Assembly: GCA_034723415.1 (NCBI GenBank)
Contig: JAYEOX010000109.1
Span: 8,129 to 63,808 of the forward strand
DNA: 55,680 nucleotides
From: Fidelibacterota bacterium
Lineage (GTDB): Bacteria > Fidelibacterota > Fidelibacteria > Fidelibacterales > Fidelibacteraceae
Direction of reading: 5' to 3'
Part shown: piece by piece, positions 1 to 7,447 of the stretch
Layout of the letters: every line of letters begins with the position of its first letter
How positions within the stretch are numbered: the first letter of the stretch is position 1
Program-made: the position numbers and the translations under genes
The notes under the pieces: model-generated
Databases searched by the model: none
What the model saw: only the letters and a program-made list of their open reading frames with translations
What the model was told of the DNA's origin: nothing

Positions 1-78
1 TTAGATTTACCACGAGAAAACACAAAAGAATGTTTAGGGATTTAGGAGATTGTGTCCCAATTTTCCATTCTGCAATGA

Positions 79-171
79 GCAGACAATTTCAAGTATCAAG
101 TATCAAGTATCAAGTATCAAGTATCAAGTATCAAATTATTATTCGTGGCAATTTATTTAATTTCTAATTTT
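79..171. repeat. Composite repeat module, copy 1 (GCAGACAATTTC-(AAGTATC)6-AAATTATTATTCGTGGCAATTTATTTAATTTC)
   Basis: Aligns by eye with 252-362; its core also recurs at 41688-41721. Confidence 0.85.
91..132. repeat. Tandem heptamer (AAGTATC)x6
   Basis: Six perfect copies read directly from the sequence. Confidence 0.95.
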
Positions 172-251
172 TCTTTGTGTTTCCCTTGTGTTCCTTGTGG
201 TTAATTTTCCCAATTTCAAACACAACTTCCGCTTGCGTAAAAACTTCGGTG

Positions 252-362
252 GCAGACAATTTCAAGTATCTCCGCCTGTTGCCTGTTTGCCACAGGCAGG
301 CGGACAAGAAGTATCAAATTATTATTCGTGTATTCGTGGCAATTTATTTAATTTCCAATTTT
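252..362. repeat. Composite repeat module, copy 2, with a GC-rich hairpin between two AAGTATC units; overlaps the galE 3' end
   Basis: Same flanks as 79-171. Hairpin TCCGCC-tgt-TGCCTGT-ttgcc-ACAGGCA-GGCGGA at 271-304. Extra TATTCGTG octamer. Confidence 0.85.
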
Positions 363-1321
363 GAATACAATTTCCACATACTAGATAAGATCGTTTCCAA
401 ATCGGAATATTTTGCTTCCCATTTTATCGTTTTTTTCGCAAGATCAGATGAAGCAATTAATTTTGCCGGATCACCCGCTCTTCTGTTAACAATAGAATAT
501 TTTATATCTTTACCTGTAATTTCTTTAACCATTTTAACTACTTCTAAAACCGAATAACCGTAACCGGTTCCCAAGTTTAAAACTAAATTATCGTTGTTTT
601 TATTTAGATAATCCATTGCCTTTAAATGAGCAATTGAAAGGTCGTTTACATGAATATAATCACGAATTCCCGTACCATCAGGTGTGTTATAATCATTACC
701 GAAAATGTTAATTTTTTTTCTCAATCCAACTGCACATTCTAAGACAATGGGTAATAAGTTAGCAGTTGTTTTTTCTCTTTCGGTTATTCTTTCATTAATA
801 TCATATCCGGCAGCATTGAAATATCTTAAAGCAGCATAATTTATTCCTTTTAATTTCCCATACCAATTTAAAATTTCTTCAATAACTTTTTTTGTATAGC
901 CATAATAATTAATCGGTTTTATCGGATGTTTTTCGTCGATTGGTAGATATTCAGGATAACCATAAACAGCGGCGGATGATGAAAACACTATTTTTTTTAC
1001 ATCATGAGCTACCATTGTATTTAAAAGATTAATTGTACCATTGATATTATTTTTCGAATATATTTCAGGATTGTCCATAGATTCGCCGGCTGCTTTTAAT
1101 GCTGCAAAATGAAAAACGATATCAAATTTTATTTTAAATAATTTATCCAGATCGTTTTCTGAATTAACATCTCCCATGATAAATTTTGCTTTTTTATCAA
1201 TATTTTCGACAGAACCGGAATATAAATTATCAAAAACAAATACATCGTTCCCTTTTTCACAAAGATCGGCAACAACATGAGATCCAATATATCCGGCACC
1301 GCCTACAACTAATATTTTCAT
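344..1321 (-). CDS. galE: UDP-glucose 4-epimerase
   Basis: GGAGYIG NAD-binding motif, SSSAAVYG, YGYTK (YxxxK), LRYFN, GTGIRDYIHV, RRAGD. Confidence 0.95.
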   Translation of the reverse strand: MKILVVGGAGYIGSHVVADLCEKGNDVFVFDNLYSGSVENIDKKAKFIMGDVNSENDLDKLFKIKFDIVFHFAALKAAGESMDNPEIYSKNNINGTINLLNTMVAHDVKKIVFSSSAAVYGYPEYLPIDEKHPIKPINYYGYTKKVIEEILNWYGKLKGINYAALRYFNAAGYDINERITEREKTTANLLPIVLECAVGLRKKINIFGNDYNTPDGTGIRDYIHVNDLSIAHLKAMDYLNKNNDNLVLNLGTGYGYSVLEVVKMVKEITGKDIKYSIVNRRAGDPAKLIASSDLAKKTIKWEAKYSDLETILSSMWKLYSKLEIK

Positions 1322-1462
1322 TTAAAACCTCTTAAATAATTTTATCATCAATCATAATGAAATATAAATCAAATATATTAAAAATAAAAGAATTTTTCGT
1401 TAAAATGACTACTCCTAAAAAATTATCACAATAAAATAGAGATACTTAAAAAGAAAAAAATT

Positions 1463-1831
1463 CTAAAACACCCCGAGAATTTTAAGAAGTGTAGATATAA
1501 ATTGCTGATAAATAATAAATTATATTGATTTTGTTGTTCAAAAAGTTTCTCAAATTTTGTCTGTTATAATAGTAAGAAAACAACGATTTCAACCCTTTCA
1601 GGGTTTTTATTTGTAGATATTTATCTACCGATTTCATTGGTAGTTATTAAAATTTATCTGCTTCGCAGATTTTAATAATAAAACGATATAAATGTATAAA
1701 AAATCGCGAAGTGATTTAATGTTAATAACTGCAGGTGTAACCTGTAGAAGTAAAATAACTAGTAAAAAACAGAACTCTGAAAGAGTTCAATAAAACAAAC
1801 CACATTATTCTGAAAAATTTTGGGGTTTCCA
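1463..1831. mobile_element. Putative non-autonomous MITE-like insertion (369 bp)
   Basis: Identical 17-bp direct repeats TTAAAAAGAAAAAAATT at 1446-1462 and 1832-1848. Imperfect terminal inverted repeats (ACCCCGAGAATTTTAAGAA vs reverse complement ACCCCAAAATTTTTCAGAA, 15/19). No ORF. Confidence 0.6.
1588..1790. repeat. REP/REPIN-like large imperfect inverted repeat with three small hairpins per arm
   Basis: Left arm: AACCCT-TTC-AGGGTT, CTACCGATTTCATTGGTAG, ATCTGC-TTC-GCAGAT. Right arm: AATCGC-GAA-GTGATT, CTGCAGG-TGTAA-CCTGTAG, AACTCT-GAA-AGAGTT. The arms are approximate reverse complements. Confidence 0.75.
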
Positions 1832-1935
1832 TTAAAAAGAAAAAAATTTTTAATTGATTATTTTTAAATATTTGAATAAATTATAACATTATGAAATAAA
1901 TTCATTTGAAAATAAAGAAGAATAAAATTTAAAAT

Positions 1936-3363
1936 ATGAAAATTGATATAATCAAACTTATAAATAACAAAAAAATAAAAGACATAATAATTGGAATAGG
2001 TAAAATTGGTGAGGAAAACGATATACCTGTTTATATTGTTGGTGGTATAATTCGTGACACTTTATTAAATAAACCAACCTCTGATCTCGATATTCTTGTA
2101 GTTGGCGACGGAATAAAATTTGCCGACATGATCGCAAAACATTTTTCTATCAAAACCGTTATTAAATATAAAAAATTTGGTACGGCGATGATCCCATTAA
2201 ATGATATTAATTTGGAAATAACTTCTGCAAGAAAGGAAGTATATAAACATGATTCTCGTAAGCCGGAAATAACTTATACAGAATTAAATGAAGATCTAAA
2301 GAGAAGGGATTTTACGATCAACTCAATGGCTGTTGATATTCGTCCATCATTTTTAGGTGATTTTTACGACCCGTTCAATGGAATTCAAGATTTAAAACAA
2401 AAGATCATTCGCACTCCATTAGATGCGGAAACTACTTTTTTTGATGATCCATTAAGGATGTTACGAGCAATAAGATTCTCAACTCAGCTTAATTATAATA
2501 TTGAAACAAATACTTTTGATGGAATAATCAGCACTTCTCAAAGAATTAGAATTATTTCTTTTGAACGAATTAGAGATGAATTACTTAAAATATTATCATC
2601 TTCGAAACCATCTACAGGATTATTATTGATAGAAAAAAGTGGTTTGATGCAAATACTTTTTCCGGAAATTTCACAATTATCCGGTGTAGAAAATAAAAAC
2701 GGGCATTTTCATAAAGATGTATTTAAACATACACTTGAAGTTGTTGATAATATTACCGAATATACCGACAATCCAATTTTACGATTGGCAGCACTATTCC
2801 ATGATATTGGCAAACCTTTGACAAAACACTATAAAAAGGGCACGGGTTGGACCTATTATGGACATGAAGATGTCGGAGCAAAAATGTTTGAAAGTATAGG
2901 AAGGAAATTAAAATTATCTACAAAAACAAATAAGTATATTATTAAACTAATTAAATTACATTTGAGGCCAATAGCAATTGCCAGCAACATCGTTACCGAT
3001 AGTGCAGTTCGCAGATTAATGGTAGATGCCGGTGATGATATAGAGGATCTACTTTCATTATGTAGAGCTGACATTACATCCAAAAATGAACATAAAGTTA
3101 AAAGTTTTATGAATAATTTTAACTTTGTAGAAAAAAGGATAGTTGAAGTAGAAGAAAGAGATAAACTGCGGAATTTTCAGTCTCCGGTTGGCGGTGGTGA
3201 GATTATGGAAATTTTTGATATCGCTCCAGGACCGCTTGTTGGAAAAATAAAATCAATGATAGAATCACAGATATTAGATGGAAACATCAAAAATAAATAT
3301 GAAGATACAAAATCTTTCATCCTAAAAAATAAAAAATCAATAATTGAAAAAACAAAAAAGTAG
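1936..3363 (+). CDS. cca: Class II CCA tRNA nucleotidyltransferase with HD domain
   Basis: VGGxxRD...DLD catalytic motif, EDLKRRDFTIN template motif, DDPLRMLR, LFHDIGK HD motif. Confidence 0.88.
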   Translation: MKIDIIKLINNKKIKDIIIGIGKIGEENDIPVYIVGGIIRDTLLNKPTSDLDILVVGDGIKFADMIAKHFSIKTVIKYKKFGTAMIPLNDINLEITSARKEVYKHDSRKPEITYTELNEDLKRRDFTINSMAVDIRPSFLGDFYDPFNGIQDLKQKIIRTPLDAETTFFDDPLRMLRAIRFSTQLNYNIETNTFDGIISTSQRIRIISFERIRDELLKILSSSKPSTGLLLIEKSGLMQILFPEISQLSGVENKNGHFHKDVFKHTLEVVDNITEYTDNPILRLAALFHDIGKPLTKHYKKGTGWTYYGHEDVGAKMFESIGRKLKLSTKTNKYIIKLIKLHLRPIAIASNIVTDSAVRRLMVDAGDDIEDLLSLCRADITSKNEHKVKSFMNNFNFVEKRIVEVEERDKLRNFQSPVGGGEIMEIFDIAPGPLVGKIKSMIESQILDGNIKNKYEDTKSFILKNKKSIIEKTKK

Positions 3364-3437
3364 AAATAGAAAAATATATTAGCATTTATTAATATTTTTT
3401 TCTATCTTAAGTATTAAAAATAAAAGGGATAAAATAT

Positions 3438-5696
3438 ATGGATGAAAATAATAATATTAGTGGGGTTGAAGAAGAACTCAATCTTAGAGAAATAATTTAT
3501 ATAATATTAAGAAATAAATGGATAATAATTATCTCATTTTTAGTTATTATATCATTAACTTTAATTTATACATTAAGATCACCGGATATCTATCAATCTT
3601 CATCATTATTATTAATTGAGAATCAAAACCAAAGCTTTATTAATCCATTTTCTTCTATGGGAAATTCTCGATTTGATATAAATAATGAAGTGAAGATCTT
3701 AAAATCTCGTTCTCTTTCCAAACGAACAGTTTCTACATTAAAGAATAATTATAATTTGGATTCTCTTTATTTATTTAAAAAGGGAGCAGATCCGGATAAG
3801 AAAAGTTTAAAACAAAGATTTTTTTCAATATTTAAAAATAATGGAAATGGTGCTGAAGCAATAGATATGAACAATATCTATATTAAAAGATTAAAAGAAA
3901 TAATAAGTGTCGAAACAACTCGTGAAACACAAACAATTAATATTTCGATAGAATCGAGAGATCCGAATGAATGCGCAATTATTGTCAATACATTTGTAAA
4001 AGAATATGTAAAAAACGATTTGGAAAGAGCAGCAAGTTCGAGTGGCAGAATTAAAAGTTTTTTATCGGAACAATTAGAGAAGATCCAAAATAAACTATCA
4101 GATAGTGAAAATGAATTACAACAATACCAACAAAAAGAGGGAGTTGTAAATCTTGAAGAAAATTCAAAAATAATGATAGAAAAATCTTCAGAATTTGAAT
4201 CAATATATTTCACAGCAAAAGCAGAATTAGAAATAGCTATTTCCCAGATAAAACATTTGAAAGAAAATTTATCTGATAAAGAAAAGGATTTGTTAAATGA
4301 AACACTCAGAGTTGCAAATCCGATGATAAATTTCTTAAAACAAACAATCGCAAGCAAGGAAGCTAACTTAGCTGAAATTGAAAATCAAATGCAGGGATCA
4401 TCTGTAAATATTAGTTCGATAAAAGATGAAATAAAAAATTTACAAAAACGATTAACTAAAGAAACAAAATTACTTTTAAATTCAGGTTATATCCCCGGAC
4501 CGGAGAGTCCATTTAAATCAAATCAGGATATCGTTGAAAACATTTTAAAATTAGAAACTCAAAAAATTAGTTTAAAGGCAAGAGTAAAGGAATATAAAAA
4601 ATTAAACGATTATTATTTAAGTCAGTTAGAAAAATTACCTAGAAAAAATATAGATTTTATCAGATTAAAAAGAACTCAGCAGGTAAATGAAAAGTTATAC
4701 ATAATGATGAAGGAAAAATATGAAGAATCGAGAATAAGTGAAGCCAGCAAAATTGGTTCAATTTATGTTATTGACAAGGCGATCCCCAATATTGATCCGA
4801 TAAAACCAAAGAAAAAAATGAATGTTCTAATTGGTGCAATTCTTGGACTTGGTATTGGATTTGCAATTGCATTTATAAAAGAATCGCTTGATAATACAAT
4901 AAAAGGCAAAGAAGATCTAACAAAATTGGGTGTTACCGTGCTTTCAGTTATTCCTAAAATAGGTATAAGTAAAGGGAAAAAACATATATCAGATAGTGAA
5001 TATCTAAGAAGTAAATTAATTACATATCAAGAACCACGGTCACCAATTTCTGAAGCATTCAGGTCGTTTAGAACTAATATTGAATTAACAAAAATAGATA
5101 AGACATTAAACACATTTGCAGTTACATCTTCCACCTCAGGAGAAGGGAAAACTACAACCATAGTAAATTTAGCTATTTCATTTGCTCAATTTGGGCACAA
5201 AACATTATTAGTTGATGCCGATATGCGAAAACCGGTGATCAATAAAATGTTTAATGTTGATAGAAGTCCCGGACTTTCTGAATTAATTATAAAGAAAAGC
5301 ACATTTGACGAAGCAATTAAAAAAACAGATATTAAAAATCTCTCAATTTTGCCATCAGGTAATATTCCCCCAAATCCATCTGAATTAATTGGTTCTCAAA
5401 AGATGAAAGATTTGGTTAAAGAGTTAAGTGAAAAATATGACAAAATATTCTTTGATGCACCACCGGTTCTCGCTGTAACCGATCCTATATTAATTGGTAA
5501 GTTTGTTGATGGACTATTTTTCGTCGCTCGTTCAGAAATAACAGATATTGAATTAATTAAACATACTCTTGAAACTATGCAAAGTACAAAAACACCATTG
5601 ATAGGCGGTGTAATTAATGAAGTAACATCAAAGTCATTATTATATGGTAAATATTACCATTATTATCACTATCATTATAAATATAAGTATGAATAA
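3438..5696 (+). CDS. wzc: Wzc/GumC-type polysaccharide co-polymerase and BY-family tyrosine autokinase
   Basis: Two TM segments around a coiled-coil domain, PIKPKK motif, EAFRSFRTN, Walker A GEGKT, LVDAD, FFDAPP, C-terminal Tyr cluster. Confidence 0.9.
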   Translation: MDENNNISGVEEELNLREIIYIILRNKWIIIISFLVIISLTLIYTLRSPDIYQSSSLLLIENQNQSFINPFSSMGNSRFDINNEVKILKSRSLSKRTVSTLKNNYNLDSLYLFKKGADPDKKSLKQRFFSIFKNNGNGAEAIDMNNIYIKRLKEIISVETTRETQTINISIESRDPNECAIIVNTFVKEYVKNDLERAASSSGRIKSFLSEQLEKIQNKLSDSENELQQYQQKEGVVNLEENSKIMIEKSSEFESIYFTAKAELEIAISQIKHLKENLSDKEKDLLNETLRVANPMINFLKQTIASKEANLAEIENQMQGSSVNISSIKDEIKNLQKRLTKETKLLLNSGYIPGPESPFKSNQDIVENILKLETQKISLKARVKEYKKLNDYYLSQLEKLPRKNIDFIRLKRTQQVNEKLYIMMKEKYEESRISEASKIGSIYVIDKAIPNIDPIKPKKKMNVLIGAILGLGIGFAIAFIKESLDNTIKGKEDLTKLGVTVLSVIPKIGISKGKKHISDSEYLRSKLITYQEPRSPISEAFRSFRTNIELTKIDKTLNTFAVTSSTSGEGKTTTIVNLAISFAQFGHKTLLVDADMRKPVINKMFNVDRSPGLSELIIKKSTFDEAIKKTDIKNLSILPSGNIPPNPSELIGSQKMKDLVKELSEKYDKIFFDAPPVLAVTDPILIGKFVDGLFFVARSEITDIELIKHTLETMQSTKTPLIGGVINEVTSKSLLYGKYYHYYHYHYKYKYE

Positions 5697-5798
5697 ATTT
5701 GAGTTGTGCAAAAATATAAATTATAGCAATAAACTATAACTGACGGTTACTAACAATAAAAGTTTAAATTTTTATTGAGTTCTATTCAAAGAATTCTA

Positions 5799-6857
5799 TC
5801 AATTTATTTCAGTTAGAATTACGCCATTTCCGGGAATTTTTGAATAATATATTTTTCCTTTATTAATTGTTACACCTGTTGCAATATCTTTTGCAAGCAG
5901 AAGCGGTCCGTCCATATCGACATAATCCAATAAAGGTAATAATTGAGCAATGCCTGAAATCCCAACTGTTGACTCTGTCATACAACCAACCATTACTTTC
6001 ATATTTAAAGTTCGTGCTTTTCGTATCATTCTCAATGCGGGAGTGAGCCCGCCACATTTTACGACTTTTATATTTACACCGTGAAAATATTTATAACATT
6101 TTTCAACATCATTTTCTTTTATCACACTTTCATCTGCAATGACCGGTAAAGCACTTTTTTCGTGGACTTTCTTCATTCCGCTCCAGTCATCTGCAGGTAA
6201 TGGTTGCTCGATAAATTCAACACCTAATTTTTTCAACTCTTTTGAATATTCTATTGTTTGTTCAGCATTCCAGGCACAATTTGCATCTATTCTCAAAGTA
6301 CCTTTAGTATGTTTTTTCAACTCTTTCATTATTTCGATGTCGTGTTCAGTTCCTAATTTGATCTTGAAAATCGGCCAGTCAGAATATTCCTTTAGTTTTT
6401 TTACCATAATGTCAATGGTATCAATTCCAATTGTATAATCGGTATAAGGATTATTTTTTGGATTTAAGTTTAACAATTCATAAGTTGGTTTATTGTGAAT
6501 TTTTCCCCAAAGATCATACATTGCCATATCTAATGCATTCTGAGCAAATGGATTGTGTGATAATTCTGCAGATAGTTTTTCCCAGATATCTTTTGGTTTT
6601 TGAATATGTAAATCAAAATTATTTAGTTTTTTTTCAATATTTTTTAGATCGCTGAAAATATCTTCTACGGTAAATTTATAATATTTATGATTTGCAACGC
6701 ATTCTCCGTAACCGTGGAGATCTTTATCGATTAATTCAACAATGACAGTTTTTTGTACTGTTCTTGTTTCACGCGAAATACCGAATTTATATTTTAATGG
6801 CAGATCGAATTGGTGTAATTTTAATTTTATAATAAATTCTCCTTTTTTTAATAACAT
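5799..6857 (-). CDS. Dipeptide (L-Ala-D/L-Glu) epimerase, enolase superfamily; start uncertain (ATG 6857 or ATA 6830)
   Basis: KIK (KxK) motif, RIDAN, EQP, ADES, NIKxxKCGG, GCMTES, DMDG. Confidence 0.88.
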   Translation of the reverse strand: MLLKKGEFIIKLKLHQFDLPLKYKFGISRETRTVQKTVIVELIDKDLHGYGECVANHKYYKFTVEDIFSDLKNIEKKLNNFDLHIQKPKDIWEKLSAELSHNPFAQNALDMAMYDLWGKIHNKPTYELLNLNPKNNPYTDYTIGIDTIDIMVKKLKEYSDWPIFKIKLGTEHDIEIMKELKKHTKGTLRIDANCAWNAEQTIEYSKELKKLGVEFIEQPLPADDWSGMKKVHEKSALPVIADESVIKENDVEKCYKYFHGVNIKVVKCGGLTPALRMIRKARTLNMKVMVGCMTESTVGISGIAQLLPLLDYVDMDGPLLLAKDIATGVTINKGKIYYSKIPGNGVILTEIN

Positions 6858-6862
6858 AATCA

Positions 6863-6891
6863 AAGATAGAGAAATAATTGAACTTCTCCAA
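6863..6891 (-). promoter_or_regulatory. Candidate sigma70-type promoter of the epimerase gene
   Basis: TTGGAG-17 bp-TATCTT on the minus strand. Confidence 0.4.
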
Positions 6892-6941
6892 CAATATTTT
6901 TTAATATATATTGGAAATTAATAAAAATATTAAGAAATTAT

Positions 6942-6970
6942 TTGCTTTTTTGAAAATCATTTGTTATACT
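6942..6970 (+). promoter_or_regulatory. sigma70-type promoter of the tRNA-tuf operon
   Basis: TTGCTT-17 bp-TATACT with extended TGn; ends 21 nt before tRNA-Thr. Confidence 0.7.
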
Positions 6971-6991
6971 TATTAGCTTTTTGAATTCAGT

Positions 6992-7064
6992 GCCGCTATA
7001 GCTCAGTTGGTAGAGCGACGGTTTTGTAAACCGTTTGTCGCTGGTTCGATTCCGGCTAGTGGCT
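6992..7064 (+). tRNA. tRNA-Thr(UGU)
   Basis: Cloverleaf: acceptor GCCGCTA/TAGTGGC, anticodon arm ACGGT-TTTGTAA-ACCGT, TTCGATT T-loop. No encoded CCA. Confidence 0.95.
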
Positions 7065-7072
7065 TATTGATT

Positions 7073-7155
7073 GGGTCAGTGGCCGAGTGGTCAATGGCAT
7101 CAGACTGTAAATCTGACAGCAGTAGCTTACGGTGGTTCAAATCCATCCTGGCCCA
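7073..7155 (+). tRNA. tRNA-Tyr(GUA)
   Basis: Acceptor GGGTCAG/CTGGCCC, anticodon arm TCAGA-CTGTAAA-TCTGA, long variable arm, TTCAAAT T-loop. Confidence 0.95.
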
Positions 7156-7158
7156 TTA

Positions 7159-7229
7159 GCGAGTGTAGTTCAATGGTAGAACATTAGCCTTCCAAGCTAA
7201 CTACGTGAGTCCGATTCTCATCACTCGCT
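7159..7229 (+). tRNA. tRNA-Gly(UCC)
   Basis: Acceptor GCGAGTG/CACTCGC, anticodon arm TTAGC-CTTCCAA-GCTAA. T-loop reads TCCGATT (C55). Confidence 0.93.
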
Positions 7230-7292
7230 TCGTTGATTGAAATTATCTGGGAGAACAATAGAAGTTCATTATTACCAGGAAACAAAAAAACT

Positions 7293-7332
7293 AACTTATA
7301 GTCAAATTGTTTCTTGATTATAAGTTTTTTTT
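7293..7332 (+). terminator. Intrinsic terminator-like hairpin between tRNA-Gly and tRNA-Thr(GGU)
   Basis: AACTTATAGTCAA-8 nt loop-TTGATTATAAGTT ending in a T8 run. Confidence 0.6.
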
Positions 7333-7335
7333 ATT

Positions 7336-7409
7336 GCCCATGTAGCACAGTTGGTAGTCGCGCTTCCTTGGTAAGGAAGAGGTCACCGGTCCAAATCCGG
7401 TCATGGGCT
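7336..7409 (+). tRNA. tRNA-Thr(GGU)
   Basis: Acceptor GCCCATG/CATGGGC, anticodon arm CTTCC-TTGGTAA-GGAAG. T-loop TCCAAAT (C55). Bulged D-stem. Confidence 0.9.
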
Positions 7410-7447
7410 TTGTTAGAAAAAAAGAAAAAATATAGGAGAATAGAATT

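Noticed and set aside
79..362. CRISPR array
   Set aside because: Only two long modules with internal tandem units; no regular repeat-spacer period and no cas genes.
177..557. 126-aa plus-strand ORF
   Set aside because: Runs through repeat DNA and antisense to galE; no SD or recognisable motif.
5754..5777. Bidirectional terminator between wzc and the epimerase
   Set aside because: The CAATAAAAGT/ATTTTTATTG stem is almost all A-T; too weak to call.
7247..7294. preQ1-I riboswitch (CTGG..CCAG stem plus AAAAAAACTAA tail; tgt is in the window)
   Set aside because: The loop is too long and lacks the conserved preQ1 loop pattern, and the downstream genes are tRNA/tuf. Kept only as a generic attenuator candidate; an Rfam scan would settle it.
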